Shown here one piece after another: positions 20,993 through 30,695 of a DNA stretch of 63,492 nucleotides. Source of the stretch: Chloroflexota bacterium (GTDB taxonomy: Bacteria; Chloroflexota; Dehalococcoidia; DSTF01; RBG-16-68-14); the NCBI GenBank assembly GCA_022562155.1, contig JADFPV010000004.1, positions 1 to 63,492 of the forward strand, written 5' to 3'. Numbering within the stretch: position 1 is the first letter of the stretch; each line of letters opens with the position of its first letter. The notes below the pieces were generated by a model that was given only the letters and a program-made list of their open reading frames with translations, was not told the origin of the DNA and did not search any database. A program made the translations under genes and the position numbers.

Positions 20993-22384
20993 GTGCCGGC
21001 CGAGCGAGGTCCGTGGAGGCAGCAGCTGCGTCCATACCAAATCGAGGCCGGCCGCGCGATCCTGGAGAGCGTGCTCGACCGACAGGGGCGAAGCATCTCC
21101 GTAGAGATCGCCCGGCAGGGTGGTAAGAACGAGTTGTCGGCGCAGATCGAGGCGCTGCTGCTCTCTGTCCACCTGGGGCACCAGATCGACGCCGTCAAGT
21201 GCGCTCCGACGTTCGAGCCGCAGGGCCGTATCAGCCTGCGGAGGCTCTGGTCGCGATTGGTGGAGGCGGGCCTCGCGCCGATCTCTTCGGTCGAAGCAGG
21301 GCACGCGATTCGCGTCGGACGAGCGCGGCTGCTGTTCATGTCGGCAGAGCCGGAGGCGAACGTGGTGGGGCACAGCGCGCAGCTCCTGCTGGAAGTAGAT
21401 GAAGCGCAGGACGTGAACGAAGAGAAGTTCGACCGCGATTTCCGGCCGATGGCGGCCACGACAAACGCGACGACCGTCTACTACGGTACTGCGTGGGATG
21501 ACCGTACGCTCCTGGAACACGCCAAGCAACACCATCTGGAGCTGGAGCGCTCCGACGGCATACGACGCCATTTCGAGTATGACTGGCAAACTATCGCCCG
21601 CTACAACCCCGCCTACGGCCGCTACGTGGAGTCGGAGCGCGAACGCCTGGGCGAGCAGCACCCGCTGTTTCTGACGCAGTACTGCCTGAAGCCCATCAGC
21701 GGCGGCGGCCGGCTCTTCTCGCCGGGGCAGCTCGCCCAACTCGAGGGCGGCCATCCTCGCCAGCGCGCGCCCCGGTCAGGCGAGACATACGTCGCGGGAC
21801 TCGATCTCGCGGGCGGGGCGAGCGAGGACAACGCGGCTGCGGGCAATCGTGACGCTACCGTCCTGACGATCGCCCGCGCCTCTTACCCGGATTCGACGGC
21901 CATGATGCAAGAGCCACGGCTGGAGGTCGTCGAGCACTACACCTGGACGGGCGAACCGCACGACAAGCTGCTGCCGCGGCTGGCCGACCTGCTACGCGAG
22001 GTCTGGCAAGTGCGGCGGCTCGCCGTCGACAGCACGGGCCTCGGCGAGACGATCGCGCGGCTGCTGACGACCGTGTTGGGATCGCACGTCGCCGCCGCCG
22101 TTCGCTTCACGCAGGAATCGAAGTCGCGGCTCGGTTACGGGCTGCTGGCGGCGACGAACGGCGGCCGGCTCAAGCTCTACGCAGGCGACGGCTCGCTCGA
22201 GTCGCGTCACTGCCGCGGCGAGTTGGAGCAGGCGCGGGCGGCGTACCGGGCGAACCGCACGACGAACTTCTTCGTGGACCCCGCCGACGGCCACGACGAC
22301 TATCTGATGAGCCTGGCGCTGCTGGTGGAGGCGGGGTCGGACGCTGCTCCCCGGACAGCGCGCGGGCGAGTACGCAGTTTTTGA
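20993..22384 (+). CDS. terL: phage terminase large subunit
   Basis: RPYQIEA...ARQGGKNE (Walker A-like), LLLEVDEAQDV (Walker B), VAGLDLAGG...DATVLTIAR, LAVDSTGLGE, DGHDDYLMSLALL (RNaseH-like nuclease). Confidence 0.85.
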   Translation: MPAERGPWRQQLRPYQIEAGRAILESVLDRQGRSISVEIARQGGKNELSAQIEALLLSVHLGHQIDAVKCAPTFEPQGRISLRRLWSRLVEAGLAPISSVEAGHAIRVGRARLLFMSAEPEANVVGHSAQLLLEVDEAQDVNEEKFDRDFRPMAATTNATTVYYGTAWDDRTLLEHAKQHHLELERSDGIRRHFEYDWQTIARYNPAYGRYVESERERLGEQHPLFLTQYCLKPISGGGRLFSPGQLAQLEGGHPRQRAPRSGETYVAGLDLAGGASEDNAAAGNRDATVLTIARASYPDSTAMMQEPRLEVVEHYTWTGEPHDKLLPRLADLLREVWQVRRLAVDSTGLGETIARLLTTVLGSHVAAAVRFTQESKSRLGYGLLAATNGGRLKLYAGDGSLESRHCRGELEQARAAYRANRTTNFFVDPADGHDDYLMSLALLVEAGSDAAPRTARGRVRSF

Positions 22385-22463
22385 AGCTGGAGACCGGAAG
22401 CTTGAGGTTAGACGTCAGGGATTCGATGTTCAACCGCATGCCGCACGCACAAGGAGAGAGCTG

Positions 22464-22802
22464 ATGGGTAGCGTAGAGACAATCGAGCGACCAGCGTCCA
22501 GGATCCAGCATCCAGAGGCGGAGCGACACGCGAACGGGCGCAAGATCAGGAGCGACGCGCTACCAGAGCACGCCAGCTTCCAGGACCTCGGCTGCGAGCT
22601 GGCGCCGAGCTGCTTGCGCTGCCCGCTCGTGCGCTGCCGCTACGACGAGCCTGGCGGGGCGCGCAAGATCCGGCAGGTCCCGCGCGACGAAACGATCCGC
22701 GTGCGCCGCGCAGAAGGTGCGGAGATCGATGCGCTCGCCTCAGAGTTCGGCCTCTCGCGCCGGAGCGTCTTCCGCGTACTCGCGCGCGGGCGGGAAGGCT
22801 AG
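22464..22802 (+). CDS. Cys-rich + HTH DNA-binding protein
   Basis: CELAPSCLRCPLVRC cluster and C-terminal HTH (IDALASEFGLSRRSVFRVL). AAGGAG RBS. Confidence 0.55.
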   Translation: MGSVETIERPASRIQHPEAERHANGRKIRSDALPEHASFQDLGCELAPSCLRCPLVRCRYDEPGGARKIRQVPRDETIRVRRAEGAEIDALASEFGLSRRSVFRVLARGREG

Positions 22803-23173
22803 GCGTCGCCGCCCACCGGCGCGCAGAGCTCTAACGCGTGACCGTCCGGGTCCTCGAAGTATGCAGACTTGGCAGGCATCCATTCGTGGTAGACCGGGCC
22901 GTTGACCTTCACGCCGCGCTCACGCAGCTGCTCGACCGCACGTTCGATGTCGGCTTCCTCGACCGTGAACGCGAAGTGCTGAGTCGCCCACTCGCCCTTG
23001 TCCTCCTGCAGGACGATCATGCCGGCCTGGCCGCCGACGCGCAGGAAGAGCCAGTTCCGGCTCTCGTCGCGCAGGCCTTCCTCCAGTCCAAGGACCTCCG
23101 TATAGAACGGCTCGGCCTTCGAGAGGTCTTTTACTCGGATCGCCACCTCATAGACTCCACTGATCGGTAACAT
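22799..23173 (-). CDS. VOC/glyoxalase-family protein
   Basis: Start at the internal ATG 23173. VYEVAIRVKDLSKAEPFYTEVLGL...FEDPDGHALEL. Confidence 0.8.
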   Translation of the reverse strand: MLPISGVYEVAIRVKDLSKAEPFYTEVLGLEEGLRDESRNWLFLRVGGQAGMIVLQEDKGEWATQHFAFTVEEADIERAVEQLRERGVKVNGPVYHEWMPAKSAYFEDPDGHALELCAPVGGDA

Positions 23174-23335
23174 GCCGCTCTCCTTTCGCTCGTTCACCAC
23201 CACAGCCAACGTACCGCCTAACAAGCACGGCGCCATCCGGCGGAGGGCCGAGATCGCCGTAGGCCTTTCGACTGAGGCAGGAACGGATCGCAGCAGGGTA
23301 TAATGCCGCCGACTCCAGGCAGGGAGGAGATCGCG

Positions 23336-24223
23336 TTGCCACACGTCCGCTACGTCGACGGGCCGACCATCGAGTTGCAAGACGAGGAGACTGTACTCGA
23401 GGCCTCCCTGCGCTGGGGGGTGGACCACCGACACGCCTGTGATGGATCATGCCGCTGTAGTACCTGCCGAGTGGAGATCCTAGAAGGCGCAGACCATCTC
23501 GCCGAGCCCGACGATGAAGAGTGCGAGATCCTGGCAATCAATAAGCTCGGGCCGCCGATCCGCCTGGCCTGCCAGTTGAGGCCAACCGGTGATATCACTA
23601 TCCGTGTGCTAATGAGCGAGATCGACGCGACGTTGCCGCCCTCGCTCGCACAGGGGATGGCGCAAGAGCGCGAGGTGGCAGTGATGTTCGCCGACATCCG
23701 CGATTTCACGCCGTTCTCGGAGCAGCAGATGCCGTTCGACGTGCTGCATCTACTGAACCGCTACTTCGACCGCATGGGAACCATCATCGAGAAGTTCCAC
23801 GGCCATATCGTCTCGTACCAGGGAGACGGCTTCATGACGCTCTTCCCGGCGGGCGGCGATACGTCGGCGTTGGAGGCGGTGCACTGCGGCCTGGAGATGC
23901 TGGAGGCACGCGAGTCGCTCAGCACGTACGCGAAGGAGCACTTCGATTTCGAGATGCGCATCGGCATCGGCATCGACTTCGGCCGGGCGCTTGTGGCCCA
24001 AATCGGCTACTATCGCGGCACGCAGCTCAACGCGATCGGTGATGTCGTGAACACGGCGTCTCGAGTACAAGACCTGACGAAGGAACACGGCGCCCAGCTA
24101 CTGATCACCAGCGCTGTGCACGAACGGCTGCGTGATCGCTTCGAGACGGGTCAGCGTCTGGAGACCGACATTCGCGGTAAGAGCGGCAAGCACACTCTGA
24201 TCGAAGTGCTAGGGACGAAGTAG
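23336..24223 (+). CDS. [2Fe-2S] ferredoxin domain fused to class III adenylate/guanylate cyclase
   Basis: ACDGSCRCSTCRV...IRLACQL (adrenodoxin-type Cys pattern), then VMFADIRDFT, YQGDGFM, NAIGDVVNTASRVQ. TTG start 23336 after GGGAGGAG. The ATG at 23303 overlaps a TATAAT hexamer. Confidence 0.8.
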   Translation: MPHVRYVDGPTIELQDEETVLEASLRWGVDHRHACDGSCRCSTCRVEILEGADHLAEPDDEECEILAINKLGPPIRLACQLRPTGDITIRVLMSEIDATLPPSLAQGMAQEREVAVMFADIRDFTPFSEQQMPFDVLHLLNRYFDRMGTIIEKFHGHIVSYQGDGFMTLFPAGGDTSALEAVHCGLEMLEARESLSTYAKEHFDFEMRIGIGIDFGRALVAQIGYYRGTQLNAIGDVVNTASRVQDLTKEHGAQLLITSAVHERLRDRFETGQRLETDIRGKSGKHTLIEVLGTK

Positions 24224-24256
24224 ACGGCTACGACCGTTTTCTATACTTGACGCATC

Positions 24257-24757
24257 ATGAAGGCTTGGCGGCCAAGGCTAATGTTGGCGATGGCGGCGCT
24301 GATGCTCGCCTTGTTCGTGGTGGCATGCTCCGGAGGAGACGCGCCTGACGCCAATGCGACCCCGGCGGGCACGCCTGATCTCTTTACAACGCCAGTACTC
24401 CCAATCGCCATCCCAACTAAGACACCAATCCCTCAGATCGCCTCCTATTTCGATCACCCAGAAGGCGAACTCATTTGGGACGGTCCCGACGACCGCGTAT
24501 CGAGTATCGCACGAGCTCACTGTGAACCGTCGAGTGAAGTTCGCCAACGATATGGGATTCCGGCTCGGATTGAGATCGCCGGCGAGCGTGGATTCTGGTA
24601 CGCAACGCAGACGGCGCCGCAGACGACATGGAGTTCGACAGGATATCACCACGACGGCTGGCAGATCTGGCGGAGCCCTTCTCAGGAGTCGATCTATCTC
24701 ATCAACCCGGGTGAGCCCGGACTCGCGTTCGAGTACAGGGATTACGGCTGCATCTAG
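24257..24757 (+). CDS. hypothetical lipoprotein
   Basis: Signal peptide with lipobox LFVVACSG. Confidence 0.6.
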   Translation: MKAWRPRLMLAMAALMLALFVVACSGGDAPDANATPAGTPDLFTTPVLPIAIPTKTPIPQIASYFDHPEGELIWDGPDDRVSSIARAHCEPSSEVRQRYGIPARIEIAGERGFWYATQTAPQTTWSSTGYHHDGWQIWRSPSQESIYLINPGEPGLAFEYRDYGCI

Positions 24758-24761
24758 GCAT

Positions 24762-25385
24762 CTACCTGTGCGCCGGTCGCTTCATCGTCCAGAAGTGGGG
24801 GCCGCCGTCCGGCAGGTCGTCTTCGACGACGACCTGGAAGCCGTGCTTCTCGTAGAAGACAACGTTGCGCTCCTTCATCGTCTCTAGGTAGCACGGCAGG
24901 CCGTCGGCGTCGGCGCGGGCGAGCATCGGAGCGACGAGCGAGCCGCCGACGCCCTGGCCCTGCTTGGCGGTATCGACGCCCAGGATCATCAGGTACCAGT
25001 GGTCCTCCGGCATATCGCGCTTGTGCAGCTCTTCCATGTGGTCGTTGATGTTGAGGAAACGCCGAAACGCGCCGAGGCCGAGCTTGAACGGCGCAAGCAG
25101 CAGGCCGGCGCGGGCCATGCGAAACGGGGTCATGTCGGCCTCACCGGGCGGGAGCCAGCACGCGGCGCCGTCGACCGACTCCGGCGTGGTATGCACTTCG
25201 CCGTAGAGCTGGCCGTACTTTGCGCCGGCGCGCATGAACCATTTCAGCTTCCCCGGACGGCTGTCTTCGTCCGGGAGGATGTAAGCGAGCAGCGGATCGT
25301 CGAAGAATGCTCTGCCGAGCACTTCGCCCGCTTCGTCGAGTTGGGACTCCTTGAGATGCGTGGCCTGTGGAGTGTCGGTGGTCAT
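24762..25385 (-). CDS. GNAT-family N-acetyltransferase
   Basis: ILGVDTAKQGQGVGGSLV...FYEKHGFQVV acetyl-CoA binding region. Start at ATG 25385. Confidence 0.8.
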   Translation of the reverse strand: MTTDTPQATHLKESQLDEAGEVLGRAFFDDPLLAYILPDEDSRPGKLKWFMRAGAKYGQLYGEVHTTPESVDGAACWLPPGEADMTPFRMARAGLLLAPFKLGLGAFRRFLNINDHMEELHKRDMPEDHWYLMILGVDTAKQGQGVGGSLVAPMLARADADGLPCYLETMKERNVVFYEKHGFQVVVEDDLPDGGPHFWTMKRPAHR

Positions 25386-25543
25386 AAGCGGCCTCCGCGC
25401 ATGCATGCGTTTCTTCGTGCGGCGACTGTAGCTCTCGGTGGGCGATGGCGTCAAGTGCCACGGCCCTCTTTGCGATCGACGCGCACTGGAGCAGCATGGG
25501 TTAGCTTCTTTGCTTCCCAGACAGAGCTGATGGAGGTGCTCCG

Positions 25544-26911
25544 ATGGCCCAACAGACCGCCCTCACGATCCCACAGCAGCTCAGCAGAATGAACACCGGC
25601 CGGCTGCGCGCCTATGCGGAGCTGCTGTCGTTCTATCAGGGCGACCAGTGGCCGCGACAGATGCGGCGGCGTGAACGGCGGCTGATCTTCAACTACGCGA
25701 AGGCGTTCGTCGATAAGACGACGTCGTACTTGATGTCCAGCATGCATGCGGTGGTCGATGTCGAGGACGACTCCCCTGAGGCAGCCGAGCGGGCGCTACG
25801 TACTGAGCGGGCGCTACGCGAAATATCGGAGCAGAACAACCTCGCGCAGCTCGATTTCGACACGGAGCTGGACGCCGCCGTGCTGGGCGACGGCGCGTTC
25901 AAGGTGACGTGGGACCCGGTGGAGCGCCGTGTACGCGTCTCCGCGCCGGATGTACAGGGGCTCTTCGTCTGGTGGCTGGGCGACGATGTCACCAGAGTTT
26001 GGCGCGTGGCGAGCCGTTACTTCATGTCGGCGGACGAAGTCGAGATCGCGTTCGGCGTCCGCCCTTCGGCGCAACGTCCCGACCGCGTCGAGGTGGTCGA
26101 AGTGTGGACGGCAGAGACGTTCGATCTGTGGATCGATGGCAAGATCGCCGACGAGAAGGCGAATCCCTACGGCTTCATCCCGTTCGTTATCTATCCCAAC
26201 CTGCGCGAGCCGAAGCAGTTCTGGGGCACGTCTGACATCCCGGCGATCCGTGAGTCGGTGCGCGAACTGAACCGGGCATTATCGCAGTTGTCGATGATCC
26301 TGGAGCTGTCCGGCAACCCGATCGCCGTGCTGGAGAACGTGACGGAAGCGCAAGACATCGCGGTGCAGCCGGGCGCGGTCTGGGAGCTGCCGGAACGCGC
26401 GCGCGCCTACCTGCTCGACCTGCTGCAGGGCGGAGGCGTGCAGCTCCACATCGAATACGTGAACCTGATCTACCGAACGCTGCACGACCTCGGAGAGGCG
26501 CCACGCACGGCCTTCGGCGAGAGCCGCGCGAATCTCTCCGGCGTCGCGCTCAACCTGGAGCTGGACCCGCTGCTGAAGAAGGTGCAGCGCAAGCGCCTGG
26601 TCCGTTCGACGGCATACGTACGCCGGAACGAGATGGTCCTGCGCATTCTCGAACAGGAGACCGGCGTGTCATACGCGCCGTATCGCTCGCGCATCGTCTG
26701 GGGCGCCGTCATCCCCCGCGACCGCAGCCGCCTGATCGGCGACGAGAAGTCGCTCGTGGCCGCGGGTATCCATAGCCGCCGTCGCGCCGCCGACGAACTG
26801 GGCGTCGCGGACCCGGACGCGGAGTTCGCCCGCTGGCTGGAAGAGCAGGAGCGTATACGCGAGGACGGCGTCCGCAGCGAGAACGGGCGGGCAGCCGTGG
26901 GGCGGGAGTAG
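25544..26911 (+). CDS. phage portal protein (SPP1 gp6-like)
   Basis: 455 aa. FYQGDQW...NYAKAFVDKTTSYLM N-terminal region and overall portal-like pattern. GGAGG RBS. Confidence 0.75.
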   Translation: MAQQTALTIPQQLSRMNTGRLRAYAELLSFYQGDQWPRQMRRRERRLIFNYAKAFVDKTTSYLMSSMHAVVDVEDDSPEAAERALRTERALREISEQNNLAQLDFDTELDAAVLGDGAFKVTWDPVERRVRVSAPDVQGLFVWWLGDDVTRVWRVASRYFMSADEVEIAFGVRPSAQRPDRVEVVEVWTAETFDLWIDGKIADEKANPYGFIPFVIYPNLREPKQFWGTSDIPAIRESVRELNRALSQLSMILELSGNPIAVLENVTEAQDIAVQPGAVWELPERARAYLLDLLQGGGVQLHIEYVNLIYRTLHDLGEAPRTAFGESRANLSGVALNLELDPLLKKVQRKRLVRSTAYVRRNEMVLRILEQETGVSYAPYRSRIVWGAVIPRDRSRLIGDEKSLVAAGIHSRRRAADELGVADPDAEFARWLEEQERIREDGVRSENGRAAVGRE

Positions 26912-26922
26912 GTTAGCGAGCC

Positions 26923-28122
26923 CTAGTCGTCGCCCGAAATCACGGCGAGTGCGTCATTCAGGAGCGGAATGAGGGTGTTGGATGCTGCGTTGCCGTTGGT
27001 CAGTGCAACAACCGCCACCCGTTGGCGAGGTGAATAGACGAACAATGAATCGAACCCAGGTATCGCCCCATCGTGCCCCCAGACAGGTCCCGAATCGGTC
27101 GGAAATTGTATGAGCCCCAACCCATAATTCCAGTCTGGAGGCTCCGTTTCCAGTTGTACGATGGTGAGCATCTGGTCTAACGAGGCGTCGGTTAGTAGCT
27201 CGCCACCGAACAAGGCCACAGCGAACCGTGCCAGATCTTCGGCGCTCGAGACGATGCCGCCCGCGGCCCACGCCGCCGTTTCGATTGCCGTGTAGGGGAT
27301 ACTGCCTAGGTCGAAGAGCGTCCCTACATGAAGAACGTCATCATACCCCCTGACAAGGCCCTCCGGGCCCTCTTCGTGGCCGGCGAGATATGTGCTCCCC
27401 AGGCTCAACGGCTCGATAATTCGGCTCCGGATCTCAGAAGAGAGGGAGTTACCAGTCGCCGCCTCCATCGCCATGCCCAGAGCCACATAACCGGTGCTGG
27501 AATAGGACCAAGCTGTACCCGGCTCGAACTGTGGCTCTGGAGACACAAACTCTAGCACCTCAATGGGACGCCATCTCTTGTTCAGGTCAGCGATCACTGC
27601 CTCCTCGAACTCGGGCAGGGGCTGGAAATCTTCCAGACCACTTGTGTGTTGTAGAAGTTGGCGAATGGTGACTTGGTCACCCGCAGCGTAGCTTGGCACG
27701 TAATCCCGAACACGATCGTCGAGATCTAACGTGCCTTCCTCAACGAGTTGCAGGATGATCACTGCGACGAAGGTCTTCGTGATGCTGCCAACGCGAAACA
27801 GAGCGTCCGGAGCGACGGGGCTTGCGTCGTCTCGATCGGACACGCCGGCCGTGCCAACCCAGCCGCCACGACCATCGGTCGAAACCGCCAGTGTTACACC
27901 GATAGCATGAGTCGAGAGCTGCCAATCTTTCACGAGTGTTTCCAGTGACCGCACAACTTCAGGGTCGTCCCCCAGATCTGGCTTGGCGGATTCGCAAGCA
28001 GCAGGAATGAGCGAGAGAGCCAGGAGGAAGGCTATTGCGAGGCGTGGGTGCCCCCTGCCTTGCCTCTCGGCTGTCGCATCGTCTCGCACCCTGTTCTTGC
28101 GTTCCGAGGTTGCTGTTCTCAC
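26923..28122 (-). CDS. serine hydrolase / class C beta-lactamase-family lipoprotein
   Basis: SITKTF (S-x-x-K) motif. Lipobox LIPAAC. Confidence 0.85.
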   Translation of the reverse strand: MRTATSERKNRVRDDATAERQGRGHPRLAIAFLLALSLIPAACESAKPDLGDDPEVVRSLETLVKDWQLSTHAIGVTLAVSTDGRGGWVGTAGVSDRDDASPVAPDALFRVGSITKTFVAVIILQLVEEGTLDLDDRVRDYVPSYAAGDQVTIRQLLQHTSGLEDFQPLPEFEEAVIADLNKRWRPIEVLEFVSPEPQFEPGTAWSYSSTGYVALGMAMEAATGNSLSSEIRSRIIEPLSLGSTYLAGHEEGPEGLVRGYDDVLHVGTLFDLGSIPYTAIETAAWAAGGIVSSAEDLARFAVALFGGELLTDASLDQMLTIVQLETEPPDWNYGLGLIQFPTDSGPVWGHDGAIPGFDSLFVYSPRQRVAVVALTNGNAASNTLIPLLNDALAVISGDD

Positions 28123-28134
28123 GAGCCCAACCAG

Positions 28135-28614
28135 CTAAACGCTCGCTCCTTTGCGCGTAAGTGCCTTCTCAGCTCGGTCGATCGGCGAGAAGACGATGCA
28201 GCCGACCTGATCGTCGCGCCTGAGGAGCCAGTTTGAGATCGCCGTCACTTCGCAGCCGGCATAGCCCCGCGCTGCCGCCAACAATAGTGACACACCCAGG
28301 AAGAGGGAGAACGCATCTCGCGTATGGGGATTCGAGAAGAGTACGATTGCTACTGCCAGGTTGATGCAGAAGCCGAGGGCGCCTGTGGCGTCTAGACGTT
28401 CAGTTGTGACCTGTAATCGAATCCACTGGAACAGCAGCACGACCGCGGGGAACAAGATGAGCCCTATAGCGGGTTCGTGCCAATGGAGACCCTCTCCTCC
28501 CCACCAAGCGGGTCCCCAGACCGGCACAAGGATAAGAAAGAAACCCAGGATCACGCGGCCAATAGTACCGATCGTTCCGATGGCGCGTCGCTGGCCGACT
28601 GGTGTGTCCAACAT
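28135..28614 (-). CDS. hypothetical multi-TM membrane protein with conserved Cys residues
   Basis: 4-5 hydrophobic helices, Cys in GFCINL, GYAGCEV, VGCIVF. Immediately downstream of merB. Confidence 0.5.
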   Translation of the reverse strand: MLDTPVGQRRAIGTIGTIGRVILGFFLILVPVWGPAWWGGEGLHWHEPAIGLILFPAVVLLFQWIRLQVTTERLDATGALGFCINLAVAIVLFSNPHTRDAFSLFLGVSLLLAAARGYAGCEVTAISNWLLRRDDQVGCIVFSPIDRAEKALTRKGASV

Positions 28615-28655
28615 GCATTGCTCTCCTTCTTGAACTCCAATTGGGCCGTTCTCGC

Positions 28656-29336
28656 CTAGACCTTGACCCCGCCAACCGGTAGCTCCTTAGCGAATGAAAG
28701 GACGCCGGCCCATAGCTGCTTCGTTAGTTCGAAGCCCTCATCCAGCGACATGATCCTGATGTCGTCTCGTCCGTTGGCCCACTGCTCCGCTTCGCCTTGT
28801 GAGGTGAAGAAGAAGATGTGCTGGCAGAAAGTCATCCAGATGGATGCCACGGAGGTCATGTCCGTCTCCTCTGGCACGACAAACGAGATCACCGCGTCGG
28901 CGGGGTCGAGCGTTTGGACGCCCTCTGGGCCTACCGTCAGGCGCACCTTCTCTTTGCTCTCCGGTGACTCGGACTCAATCGTCGCAGTCTGCCCAAGCAT
29001 GGCAGGCAGAAAGAGCGTGTCGGCCGCACACCACGTCGCCATCTGGACGCCGTCGACGGTGAACTTGTGCGGGTGATCGTTCAGCGACAGGCCCATGATG
29101 CCGACGATGCTGTCGTCATCATCGCGCTCCGTCATCTGCCTAAGAAACTGGTCCGCGTCCTCGGCCTTGATACCAAGGTCTGACACGAACTCATCGATCT
29201 GGCTCCCGGTAACCGGCCCGCCCGCTGCAAGCGCTCGCCAGACTTGCACGAGCAGCCGCGAGCGCTCTGCTCCGTAGTCAACCAGATCTAAGACCGCTGC
29301 CAGCTTGTTCGTCATCTCGTCGGTTCCGCTAGCCAT
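28656..29336 (-). CDS. merB: organomercurial lyase MerB-like
   Basis: TWCAADTL and FCQHIFFF match the MerB catalytic regions (TWCALDTL, FCCHVHFF). ATG 29336 after AAGGAG. Confidence 0.8.
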   Translation of the reverse strand: MASGTDEMTNKLAAVLDLVDYGAERSRLLVQVWRALAAGGPVTGSQIDEFVSDLGIKAEDADQFLRQMTERDDDDSIVGIMGLSLNDHPHKFTVDGVQMATWCAADTLFLPAMLGQTATIESESPESKEKVRLTVGPEGVQTLDPADAVISFVVPEETDMTSVASIWMTFCQHIFFFTSQGEAEQWANGRDDIRIMSLDEGFELTKQLWAGVLSFAKELPVGGVKV

Positions 29337-29507
29337 TACGTCATGCTCCTTGTGCAATCGCGGGAAGCCAACGTTGCTGCCCGCTCTAAGATCAGGCTAC
29401 GCGGGATAGAACCGTCTGCCATCCGCGTAACCACGTATCTTGCGTCGTCAAGATCTGAGGACGGGCTCGCGTTGTGGCGGAAACTACGTAGAGTCAGGTA
29501 CGGAGGT

Positions 29508-30593
29508 CTAGAAGAGGCCGTGCGTCAGCGTGTAGGCTGCGGCGTCCGCCCGGCCGCGCGCCCCGATCTTCTTATAGATGTTTCCGACGTGGCGTTCGAC
29601 CGTGCGCACGCTCAGAACGAGCTCGTCGGCGATCTCCTTATTCGTTCGCCCTGCGGCCACGAGCCGCAGTACCTCAATTTCGCGGTCGGTCAAGCCGGCG
29701 GGGCGTGGTGTTCCCGGCTTGACATCGCCGGCTTGGAGCGCCGGCTCCGCTCCAGTCGCGGGCTCAGGCCGTTCCTCCAGAAACTCAAGGAGGGCAGTGG
29801 CCACCGCTTCGGAGTCGCCAAGGTAAGGCGCTGTCGAATCGCCTCCCAGGAGCGCCAAACGAGCGTCCGGAATTGCGGAGGCGAGACCCTGAGCGATACC
29901 GGGCGAAAACCATGCAACGTCGCTTCGCTGAAGCACCAGCGTGGGCGCCTGCACTTTGGATAGGATCCCCGTCACGTCGAATCCGCCTTCTGCTACCAGC
30001 GCGGCCGCGGCGCCCTCCGGCGTCACGGCCTGCCGCAGCCGTTCGGCCGCCTTTTTCCCCAACTCCCCCTCAGACCATCCAAAAACTATCTGGGCGCAGG
30101 TGTCTGTCATGAGTTCCCAATCCTGGTCGATCAGACTCAGCCAAGCCTGAATCCTTGGTGAAGTCAGGTCGGCCGTCCTCGCCCACGAGCACCAAAGCAC
30201 AAAGCGTGCCACGTGCTTCGGATGCTGAGCGGTGTATGAAATCGCGACGGGTCCGGCGTCTGTTGCCGCTACAAGGTCGAACGTCCCGAGGCCAAGACGA
30301 TCTACGACTGCCTCTAGGTCGGATGCGTGGGCTTCCAGCGAGTAATCCGCAACATCTCGTTCTGATGACCCAGTACCACGAACGTCGTATCTAACGAGCA
30401 TGTGGTTTCGCGCAAGGCGCTCGTACCAATCACGGCACTCAGGAACATCCCACAACTCTATATGGTGCCATGGCCCGCCTGCCATGTACACAAGAGGAGG
30501 GCCATCCCCGAGCGTCCAATAGGCGATGCTTGTTCCGTCTTCCGCCTTTGCGTATTGGATACGCGGCTCCATGACGCACACATCGTACATCAT
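29508..30593 (-). CDS. alpha/beta hydrolase domain fused to C-terminal LuxR-family HTH
   Basis: N-terminal alpha/beta-fold-like ~270 aa. C-terminal [36 protein letters not shown]. Confidence 0.75.
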   Translation of the reverse strand: MMYDVCVMEPRIQYAKAEDGTSIAYWTLGDGPPLVYMAGGPWHHIELWDVPECRDWYERLARNHMLVRYDVRGTGSSERDVADYSLEAHASDLEAVVDRLGLGTFDLVAATDAGPVAISYTAQHPKHVARFVLWCSWARTADLTSPRIQAWLSLIDQDWELMTDTCAQIVFGWSEGELGKKAAERLRQAVTPEGAAAALVAEGGFDVTGILSKVQAPTLVLQRSDVAWFSPGIAQGLASAIPDARLALLGGDSTAPYLGDSEAVATALLEFLEERPEPATGAEPALQAGDVKPGTPRPAGLTDREIEVLRLVAAGRTNKEIADELVLSVRTVERHVGNIYKKIGARGRADAAAYTLTHGLF

Positions 30594-30695
30594 CGCGACC
30601 GCCGAAGATGCGCGGAGGTCGCCGATTCTTGTCGGGCGGGAGTAGGCTCGGTAGGTGCTGGCCCTAGCCGGCGGGATCTACGGAAGACGGAATAG

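Noticed and set aside
20756-21754. 332-aa minus-strand ORF antisense to the terminase gene
   Set aside because: Shadow ORF. The + strand translation carries clear terminase motifs.
23303-23335. ATG at 23303 as the start of the ferredoxin-cyclase gene
   Set aside because: It overlaps a perfect TATAAT hexamer (23299-23304) and lacks an RBS. The TTG at 23336 follows GGGAGGAG at proper spacing.
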